DNA from: Paragordius varius
Taxonomy: Eukaryota; Animalia; Nematomorpha
Reading direction: 5' to 3'
Assembly: GCA_964247055.1 (NCBI GenBank)
Contig: OZ176051.1
Coordinates: forward strand, 14,818,001-14,882,000
Length of the DNA stretch: 64,000 nucleotides
A program made the position numbers and the translations under genes. Under the pieces are notes generated by a model, which saw only the letters and a program-made list of their open reading frames with translations, had not been told where the DNA came from and made no database searches. Positions 39,301 through 51,300 of this stretch are shown in pieces. How positions within the stretch are numbered: position 1 is the stretch's first letter; every line of letters begins with the position of its first letter.

Positions 39301-42300
39301 ACATATGCATTGATTATCGTTGGGAAATCTTGTTTTTATCCTTTGAGACTCCTATTGGCCTTAGCATGCTTACAACGTGACGATTTCATTATTTACTGTA
39401 TGCAAGACTTTATCATTCGGGTTTTACCTTTTATTGGACTCTGGTTGACACACTATCTGTATACATCTTCGTTTGAATTGAATATTTGGTTAGATAGTAT
39501 TAATGTTGTGATGTTCCTAGAACTCATGAAAAGCGGTGTATTGATTTATTTTGGATTTCTTGGGTGGCACTATGCTTGGCACAACGAAAACTTCCATAAA
39601 ACTCAATTGCTTCTGTTTCATGGGTAACTTAGAGCCTATTAATTTGTAATGTGCTAAAAAACCCCTAAATAACACGTTCTATTATCCTAAACTCCAAGGA
39701 TAGTAGGGAGCATTAGTGACATGTTTTATTTAATATAAACTGTTGTGAAGTAACCTATCGATAACTCTCATGCATGGAAGCCCTAACTTTACACCCCAAA
39801 TGTCTAACTAAAGCAATATGTTCTAAATTAACATTTTTATTAGTTCTATTGCTCTAGACTAGATTTTGGATTTATATTGACAAGTAAAATATCATAACTA
39901 CAACATCATAATAATGCTAAAACCTGATTTATTTAGACTCTTCCATAATGTCAGATATGACCTGGAAGTAATAAGAAGATCGCTCAACATGAATAAACTC
40001 TTACAAATTATTTGTACTCAATAGTGCGGATGTTTTTTCATTATGGTCCAAAGTCACCTATTACGACTTATCTTGCAGCTTAATATCTTTTATGCTCTAC
40101 ATTTAATTTATCAATGGCCAAAAATTTGAGATCGTCCTCATTGCCTTCCCCTCAACATACTCGCTGACTTGTCCGTCCATAAGACTTAACCAATCTGCTG
40201 TAGAATTAAACTATAATTATAGAACAGTGCACACAAAAATATTGGATATACAGGAAAAATTGAAATTATACGGACAAAACGTAAAAATATAAAAACACAT
40301 ATTTTTATTTAAAAGACAACCATACTTGTTAAAATTTTAATCTTTCATATTAAAGCTTTTTAGTTACAATTGTAAAATATAGTATTTATTGTATTAGTAA
40401 TATATATTTTTATTTCACACTTCACCATTTTAAACAATAAGTTATATTAAAAAATTATTATTTGAAAAGTTAACTGTTTTTTAGAAAAAATATTTTTCTT
40501 TGTATTTTTACTTTTACGTTTTGTCCGTATACTTTCAATTTTTAATGTAATATAACAGAGCTATGTTATTGATGCCAGGTTGCAATTAAAAATTCTAATT
40601 ATAGTTATATCGATGGTATCAATTAAATATAAATTATTAACCAACTTACACTATAGTAATAATCAATACACCATACTTTGGCACTTATATAATGGATATG
40701 ATGAAAATATTTTCATGTCTCTCAGTGTACATATAAAATATCTATATATCATTTGCATGTTCACAATAGACAATATATACCATGAAAATATTAATATATA
40801 ACCTTTTTACACATTACACATATAATATCACCTCTGCAGTTCTGCTGGGTACCTACGCTTTAGCTCTTTTCCTTAATTCGTTCCTTGCGCTGCAAACGGT
40901 TTTTTCAAGCGGCTACTGACTTCTTATGGTTGGGCACAGGGTATTTAGGCGTTTGGCTGGGATGTGTCAATATGGGGTATTACAATCGGATCGTTGGGCT
41001 TTACTAATCGGCGTGTTACCTTATTGATTTACCCACATGCTTCACTTCATATGAAAACATATTATTTCATTTGTGTATTGTTCCTTGACGCCTTTAATGG
41101 CACAAATCATTTTTATATACCAGGGGATAGTCATAAGTTTTTACCGTTTTTTGGTAAAATGCAAATTTGAAAGGAAATCGATTATTATTTTATTCAAAAT
41201 ATCATTTATCAACTTCCCATATTTTGCCCATGCCTCGGGTAATAAATGAATGCCATGCCAGAATATTGATTCTCTTTTGAGGCAAATGATTCGTCAAGGC
41301 ATTTTCCAATATTTTTGAAGTCTTGGGGGCGAGCTTGCCATCAAAGGTAATAGTCAGATGGCGCTAGGTCAGGATAGTTTAGCGGATGAATTATTTTTTT
41401 CATTGGTTTTGTTGTGTGAGACGGAGCATTGTCATGACTTATTAATTTTCCAATTGGTTTTTAATTTTAAGGGTTTTAATTCGTCATGTGACCAATCATT
41501 TGTTGTTATGTTTTGTCATTTTTGGTATGTATTATTTCCCGTCTATTTTTATATTTCGAAACGGAAAAATCTAAAAAATTTTAACCTCATTGCTATCTAA
41601 CATTATATGCCTCTAATGGATACGAGATAGCGCATCTGCTAAATTATATCAATACTAAGGATATATTTTATGTTAACTCTTTATATAATCAACTACTTGA
41701 TGATGATGATTTACCAAACGTATTATTATTTGTTTGAATTTGGAGCTTATTAATTGCCTTAAATTGTATGTACAAATATATTTTAATAAAAAAAACCAAT
41801 CTTTTATTCTGTTATATGCATTTACAATTCAAATTCACCCTTGAATAATTAACATTCGCCCTCAAATAAATTATATGTTTTTTAAGATTAAGAATTACTT
41901 TTATTTATATATATTTAAAAAATAAACTTTTGTATTAAATTAAAATTATACTGAAAAAAGTTATTCTATGCCATGAAGATATATTTTATATAAATAATGA
42001 GTTATATTAGCTCCTCGAAAACACATATTTATTTTTCAAGGGTGAATTTGAATTTTTCAAGGGGGTGAATTTGAATTGTAAATGGTATATATTATATGCG
42101 TTTAGGTATTATCCCGAAACGGATACATGGTATTGTGATGTAGCTCCTATGCAAAGAGAAAGAGCAAGTTTTGCCGTTGCGCTTGATCCAGTTAGCAAAG
42201 ATATTTACGTTATAGGAGGACATAACTCTGAAGTTCTTGCTAGTGTAGAGCGGTAAGGTTTTGTCTATTTTTTTAAACTTACTTCTATCATTTTCACCGT

Positions 42301-45300
42301 CTAAGTAATTTATCTAAATAATTAGCCACATAAATTAAATATTCAAAAGATAATTATTGTAAAAAGATGTTAATATTATATCCCTTTTAAGTTAATTTAT
42401 TAACTTTGTTTTCGCCTATAGTTTATAAATTTTTTACTTAAATTGGTTTTGTCTCTATAGCTATAAAAAGGTCTTTTTAATATTAGAAGTTTTGTAAAAA
42501 GATTTATATATGTTAAACCTAAAAAAAATAAATGATATACAATAAATATTGAAATTATAAAGACAAATATTTTTTAAAAGACAACCACTATTTTGACCCT
42601 AATTCTCCCAATATAAACTTCATTTATAATTGCAAAAAACATAATAATTTCGATTTTTATTGGGAATGGTATTTTTATTATACACTCATAATATAATTTA
42701 TAAAAATTAAAAAAAATTCATTAATATATGAATTATAATGGGTTTTCTCTTTACCTGTAAAGTCAAACACCATTTTTAATTATTAAAATATTTTGGAATA
42801 AGGCTATGATATATATATTAGTCGCTTTTTGCTGAATTCGGAAAAATTTTTCAGTGATGTGTGATTCTCATGTTCCAAAGCTATGTGTCTTTTCTGCATT
42901 AAAATATTTAAAACACTTCTATATTTTATATTTACTCTAACTTGAAAAACCAACGGGCGGCGGCATTTAAAAAATATATGTTTATTTATTTATAAAAAAA
43001 TACAAAAAGACAAAATAATTAATATTGATTTTGGCAATTTTCGGTGGTGCGTTGCGATAATTTGTAAAAACTTATATACATATTTTGAATTATTAATGAT
43101 ACTAAGATTTCATAACTAAGTAATGCAATTTTTCATTTATATTTGGTAGAATTGTGGGACAAGATATTTTGGTTCGCATAGGGACACCCCTGTTTTTTAT
43201 CAACAAATAGCTATCTTCTTACCTTTACAAACTGCTTTTAATTTTATTACCAATGAACGAGATTGTATTTTACAAGAAAAATGCGAATTTTTCTATCCAA
43301 AACAATTGGTTTGAGCAAACAAACATTACTTATAATTAATTTTTGTTATATTAGTTATTCAGAAAAAGACAATGCTTGGGAAACTTGCATTTCATTATTG
43401 CAACCACGTTTCGGACATTGTGCTATTTTTTTCAAAAATTTTTTATATGTCTTGGGAGGGGAAAATGATGAATGTGAGATACTCAAATCAGGTAAAAATA
43501 TATCTTGCAAGTTAATATTTATATAAACGTTATTATATCCCAATAGTATACATTCAACTCAGAGTTATGAATTATTGATATGAGTGTTTTTACTAGAGTA
43601 TTGAAAATTTTTTAGCCTATATTCCAGAGGTTTTAACTAATTAAAATCAAACTCTGGTAATAATATATACAGTGGAAAGTGTTTAATCCGCTATTTAAAA
43701 CAACTCGTCAAAAAATTCATCATACATATGGAATTGTTATTTAATATAATATTTCAGAAATCATTTAAAACCATATAAATGATATTCACTAATTCTAAAA
43801 TTGGAGGAAATACTGTTTATATATAGTTATGATTAGTAACAGATTGATTTTACAGTAAAAACTGAAATTATACTGACAAAACGTAAAAATATAGAGACAA
43901 TTATTTTTTTCTATAAGACAACCATCCTTTTGAAATCTAAATTTTTCCGATCTAAATTATTTATTTACAATTATAAAATATATAATTGATTGTCTTATTT
44001 TAATAAGTACAATTGTTTTTTTAAAAAAATTTGTCTTTATATTTTTACGTTTTGTCCGTATAATTTCAATTTTTACTGTATATATTTAATATTAGGCGTT
44101 GGCGATATAAAATTTATAACGTTAATATATTTGGATTTTTATTCGTCCAAATTTAGACATTTAAATAAATTTCTATTTTAAAAAATTCCCTTAATCTAAA
44201 TTAAAGACGTTTATAAACTAATATTACGTTTTGTTAGTTTTTGATAAACCATTTACACCCAAATTCACCCCTGAATACTTCTATACACCCTAAAATTAAA
44301 TCATGTTTGTAAATAAAATACCTTATTTAAGGATAGTTCAATCATTGAGTTTAAAATTATCAAAATACAGTGATATGAATAATACATAAAATTAATTATA
44401 TTAAATTGAGTTAAAGACTGCTTTGTAGTTGTACAGGTGTATTATATATTTTTAATTGGATAATTGGCAACTAAATTAAAATTACAAATTAACAACTGTT
44501 TTGGCGGACAACTCCATCTTTAAAGTAAATATTAAACATTTCTAATTATATAAGCCCCGTCCTGGCTAATGGAAATAAGGAGATATGATAATCGGCTTAA
44601 TCTAAATACAATCGGTTGCCCTCTCCGGGCCTTAAGTTCTCTGTTTTCTCTTTCACCACCTATAATTGGTCTTAAATCTTAAAATAATCAGTATATAGAT
44701 ACAAACTTCTAACTGGCGGTGTTTGCCCGTGCTCATTATGTGTGGCTGATGAGTCCACAACAAGGACGAAATGCGTTTCACACTATGACACGTGGTAAAC
44801 ACTGTCCCCTTTAAATTTACGTTTCATAAAGCCACTTATTGCTTGATAAAAGGTACTATAACTTCTAATTGCAAAGGTAGGCTAAGAAAAATCTCCATAA
44901 AATGTTTATGTCAATGAAGTTCATATAAATTATCATATATGGTTAATCAATTTGAGGCTCTCAAAAACAATTAAAGTTATCCTCCCCCTATAGTAAAGCC
45001 ATCTGGGGGCTTTCATTTGTGTTGTGGATATCTTGATGTAAGTGTGGTTATACGCGGTGTGGGTATTTGAGATGCTATCATGTGTGGGCATGTCTCGTCG
45101 TTGCTTGTTTGTCATTGTTTGCGACTTCATGATCCTGTTGGCTAAATGTATTTTCTTAAGAAAATGTATTACATATTCGCACGGTTGTTCTCGGAACTTC
45201 CATTCTTTGTTTTAGTTGATCAGCGTGTTTTCTGAGAACTTTGTCGGTCGTCCTTTACCATATATCACAATGGATTCCTCATCCCTATATTATCAATCGA

Positions 45301-48300
45301 AGTAAATTAGCCAATTCAAACGGTAATCGTTGGTAACCAAAGAAGTCTTTGTGTGGCGTTATTGTTAATAGTTGTTCTGAAGCCTGTTTATTGTGATTTT
45401 AGGTAACAATCTTCCATTTCTAGTGTGTGAAAACAATACCTTGAGATGGCTTTGCGGTTAACTCATCAAAGCTGGAATGACATGGGTTTGGGTAATTGAG
45501 GATTGAGGCTTCGAAAACCCGCACATATCCGTATTTGACCATTTGGTAGTAAATTTACTGTTCGTCTCAAGAGATTCCTTACATATTTGGATCGATTTTT
45601 TAAGGATTCCTAGATTCATTAATCTCTTAACCTCCTTTTTCACACGTTTAGTCTATTTTAAATACTTCCATATTCTTCAAACACCCTAACCCGTCCGAGA
45701 ACAACCTATTATTTTTGATTAAATATTGATTTATTAATTATTTAATTAATTATTACATGATTTGGCAAAATCAAATTATATGCACGAATCCAAGGGACAC
45801 TAAAAATTAATGGTCAGAATCAAATGGTTACAACGTGATCTAACTCTGTTTTACCGATAGTTGGAATCGTAGATGTTGACAATATCTGTGCCACTTCTGG
45901 TTTTGGCCGTCCTATTGTGTTGCTATGCCTGAATCTGTTTTTGTTACTAGAGGTATGACAGTACTTGGCATGATTGGACTTATTACACTTGTAACAACGT
46001 TGTTGATTTGCATCACATCTGTCGATCGGTTGTCGCTTTCTTTGCTGTCAACTATCATCTCTTGTTGGATCTTGCACACTCTTGGTTCAATCAAATCGAG
46101 GGATCGTGCCATGTCTACTATCATCTGTGTAATGTCATTGATTCACTATCATTTTGACCTGTGGGAAATCGAATATGTAACTCTATTTCATGGATTGGCA
46201 TATTTATTCCTACTAAGTACACACCTCTTAATACGTATGCTACGTTGCTTTTAAACACACAACCGTCAGCGATCACTTTTAGCCTGTATACATAGCTTAT
46301 AATAAATCGCCTTCATTTGTCGTTTAAAAAAATTCCTTTTTGCTCAACCATACAGATTTATTAGGGGCAAAGATTTGATAAATTTCCTTTCATTCCCTGA
46401 GTCCTGCATACACACGGAATAATTTAATATTCGTTTGCGATGTTTTTAGCGATTAAGGTTTCACTTGCTTTAAGTATTGTTTGATATTAATATTTCTATC
46501 GTATTTGTTTTTTTAGTGATTCTGGAAATTTAATTTTCCATCTCGGATTTCCGCATTCGTCACGCCACCAATTATATGATTAATATAAATTTGTTAGATT
46601 AAATTGAGTTAAAATTATAACTGACTGCTTTGTGGTTGTACAGGTGCATTTTTATATATTTTAATCAATACTTGGCAATTAACTAAATTAAAATGTTATT
46701 TCTAATATTATACAGCGTCAATGAAGTTCTATAATTTTTTATTTAATTAATAAATCAAATTAATACTCTTTTAAACAATTAACACACAGGAAAAAAGATA
46801 AAATATGCCCTAAATAAAACACGAATTAAAGTCTAATTATCCCAAAAACATAATTTATTTTTGGGTGAGTTTGAAATGCTAAAAGCTTAATATTATTCCA
46901 GTGTGAATTGAGCTAAAGTAAATATGTCAACGGTGAATTTGAGGTGAAAATGGTATAAATTTTTTGTGTTTAATAGTCGAAATTATCACTGACAATAAAT
47001 GGGCTTATAATTCTAATATGCAAAAAAGGCGTAAACATTTTGGCGTCGTTATTGGTGGAGATTATCTATATGCTCTAGGAGGTTCAGAAGAAGATTTCAG
47101 CTCTATTGAAAGGTATTTTTACAAATTTAAAAAAAACATTTATCCATGAAATACTATTCATAAAATTAATCATTTTAAATTGTTTATTAATACTATCTTA
47201 AGTATATAAAACAGGGGTGTTTTACACAAATGGCTTTCCAGACCACATTTTAAACTCAAAAAAACGGTGGGCCGCATTCGAAATAAATATATTGGCATTC
47301 ATATATGATTTATTGGATATCAAATATAAGACTGAAAAATGCAAACAAATATAACATTTTTTTAGTTCTTGTCAAACGGATAGACATAATTAGAAAAATT
47401 TTACTACGATTTATTTTTATAAAATTATGTATATTCAGATATTTCGTGGGGCGCACATAAATTCTCGGTATAAACGGGTTTATTACACAGTGCGCACAAA
47501 AAAATAAACGAATATGAGTTTTATCTAGAATAATAAGAAATCCCTTGGAAAAAGAGACCCCAAAAATTTTGGGGCAAAAATGCGCCCCAAAATGGAAATC
47601 TTCCATTTTTTTCATTTTTGACTAGAAATAGATTTTGGTCCATATTTTTTAATCTTAGTGAGCAAACGCGATACTTTTATATATTATATAAAACCTAATA
47701 TATTCTTAAGAAAAATACACAAAATTATTTTAAAGTATCAATAAATTTTTTTAATTCCACAAAAATAGAAATTCGTAAATTTAGCATTGTCGAATTATGT
47801 TTAAAAAAACATCATATTGTTATTATTATTTAAGTTTATGACTTATATTTAACATACCAAAAAGTTGGTATGTCTAATAAAGGCTATGTATCTTTTTAAG
47901 TCCCTCAAGTATTTTTTGGAATATTTTCGTTATTTTTATTTCCTCACATGCTTCTCATTGTTTCATAACAACACAAAGCCGCAATTTTCACATACGAGAA
48001 GTTTTTGACACTATCTTAAGACCGGAACGTTTTTATTTTAAAATTTTGTAAAAACTTAAATATATATATTCTTGGATGTGAAAAAAACTAAAAATTCTAT
48101 TGAATAAAAATCAAATCCATTTATTTTAAGTTTTTCAATATATATAATCGTAATAAATCATGTTTTGGACTTTTGTTTGATTTACAATTTGAGCAATAGA
48201 GTTTTTGGAAGTAGATTATTTAAAAATGTCAGAATTTTGATTCAAGGATTATTCTATTTTGTAACTAAAATTATAAGAAGAAAATATACGTGAAACTCAA

Positions 48301-51300
48301 TCTACCATTAATATTATTCTTTACAAATAAAATCCTTAATAAGCTAAATATAGTGTATAGGAGGTTTGATTAGCAAATAAAGCTATTTATATTTCCGATG
48401 CTACATATTAAAAGGGCTTAAATTAAATTTATTACTAGAGATTAAATAGTATATAAACATTTATCCAAAGTAATGTAATGAGAATTTCATAATCGGGGTT
48501 TTGCTGGTTTTTTCTGTATTCGCATTTGAAAATTGTGGCTTTATGTTGTTATGAAACAATGAGAAGCATGTGATATAAAAATAACGAAAATATTCCAAAA
48601 AATACAAATTTTTTGAGGAATTTAAAAAGATACATAGCCTTTATTAGACATACCAACTTTTTGGTATTAATATAAGTCATAAACTTAAATAATAATAACA
48701 ATATGAAGTTGTTACTAATAATTTTTTTAAACATATTTCGACAATGCATAAAATTTACGAATTTCTCTTTTTGTGAAATTAAAATAATTATTGATACTTT
48801 AAAATTATTTAATGTATTTTTCTTAATATATTAGGTTTTATATAATATATAAAAGTTTTATTGAGTTTGCTCACTAAGTTTAAAAAATATGGACCACAAT
48901 CTTTTTCTAGTCAAAAATGAAAAAAATGGAAGATTTCCATTTTGGGGCGCATTTTTGCCCCTAAATATTTGGAGTCTCATTAGGGATTTCTTATTATTCT
49001 AGATAAAACTCATATTCGTTTATTTTTTATCCCCCTTTTTTGCGCACATTTTTACTCTCATTTACAAACATCTTAACAGAGATATTTGACTAAGTATGCT
49101 GATTACTAAAAAGCGATATAAAATATAAACTTTGCTTAATAGTCCAAAAACTCACATGATGTTTCAATAAAAATGAATTTGTAAAATTTTATTTTTAAAA
49201 TCGTAGATGCCATAGATTATGTAACAGACATATGTATAAGTAATAATATATTATTATATTTTTAGGTTTGACTCATTTTCATTAACTTGGACAATGTATA
49301 ATTCTCGCTTGCCCAAATATATTGGAGTATTTCTTTATTAATATATAAATATTATTTATCAAAAAATTTGGTCATGTTGGTATTTATTTTTGTGTCCTTC
49401 TAACCTAAATAAATGAATTATTATTAACTGTAAAAAATATGAAACCAAACTGTTTATACTCATCGTTTTATGTTGCAAAATATTAAATATATGAATTGTT
49501 AATGAACTTAAATATAAATTTAATTACAGTAAAAACTGAAAATATACGGACAAAACGTAAAAATATAAAGACAAATATTTTATTTCAAAATACAACCATA
49601 TTTTTTTAAACCTTAATTTTTGATATATAATAAATTTAATTACAATCGTAAAATACATAATTGATTGTGCTACTAATTTACATTGCTATTTTATATTTTA
49701 CAGTCTAAAATAATCAATTATAATTAAAAAAAATCAAGATTAAAAAGGTACGGTTGTCTTTTAGAAATTTTGCCTTTATATTTTAACATTTTGTCCGTAT
49801 GATTTTAATTTTTACTGTATGTATTTTTTGTAAGATTAAAAGTTTCGTTGTTTAAAAAGTGTTTACGTATCACAAAATTTTTATTTTATAATTACCTTAG
49901 TATGTAAAACAATTTAATAATAAGGTTAAAGGCTGATATCTAAAATACAAAAAAAGGTATTCTTTCTTATCCGTTAAAATCTTAAATTAATCCTAAATAA
50001 TTTTGATTTTAAATGAATCTTTTAAAAAATAAACCCAAAAATGTTTAAATTGCATGATAGAAAATATAATATATGCGCAGTTATGACATCAAAAAAACTT
50101 AAAAAAGAAAAATTTAAATGTTAAAATTTTGTTCAATCGTATTTTATGGTATTTTGAGCAGAGTGGAATCCGTATTGATTTATTTAAATAAAATATTATA
50201 AAAAATAATATTTCTATATAATTTAGTTCTGAACATTATCATCACCTAAGAAATTAATATAAAATTGTTTGTCTGCTATTTTAAAAAGATTTTGGGGGGA
50301 AAACACATCGTATATATATCTAATAAATTTTTTAATCGTAAACGTAAAGACAAATATTTTTTTCTAAAAGACAACCATACTTTTTTAATCTTGATTAATT
50401 TAAATTTAACTCATTGTTTCCTATTTCCAAAGTATAAAATAGATATAAAGTTAAGAGCTTTTGATAGTTAAAAACACCTTCTCACACTTACTGATTATTA
50501 TTACCATTAAGCCGTAAGAATAAAAAATTGTTATTCTTTAAATTATTTATAGAATCAGTTTGTATTATTCAATAAATACAGTAAAAATTGAAATTATACG
50601 GATAAAACGGAAAAATATAGAGACAAAATTTTTATTTAAAAAGATAACCGTATACCTTTTAATTTCAATCTATCCTGTTAAAAGCATTTAATAACTATCG
50701 TAATATGTCATTGATTGTGTTACTAATATATATTTTATTTTACACTTTGCAGTTTAAAACAATGACTTATATTTACAATAAAAACTGAAATTATACGGAC
50801 AAAACGTAAAAATATAAACACAAATCTTTTTTCTAAAAGACAACCATACTTTTTAATTTTAAATTTATTTCAATATAAATCATTTTAAATGGCAAAGTAA
50901 TATAGAGATATATAATACTAACACAATTAATTATTTATTTTACTGTAACTAAATAACTTTTATGAGAAAATTAAGGTTTTGAAAAGTATGGTTGTCTTTT
51001 AGAAAAAAATATTTGTCCATATATTTTTACGTTTTGTCCGTATAATTAAAATTTTTACTGTAAAATAATTAAGGTTTAAAATAGTATGGTTGCCTTTTGA
51101 AAAAAAAATTGTCTTTATATTTTTATATTTTGTCCGTATGATTTCAATTTTTATTGTACAATAATTATTATATTCCGTTCCCAGTCTATATATACATTAA
51201 TCATATTTAATTTCAAATTGTTATATCTATTTTTGTATAATAGATTAATGTTGTTTGGATGGAAAAAAGTTTTTACGTAAAAGGGAATGTTAAGGACATA

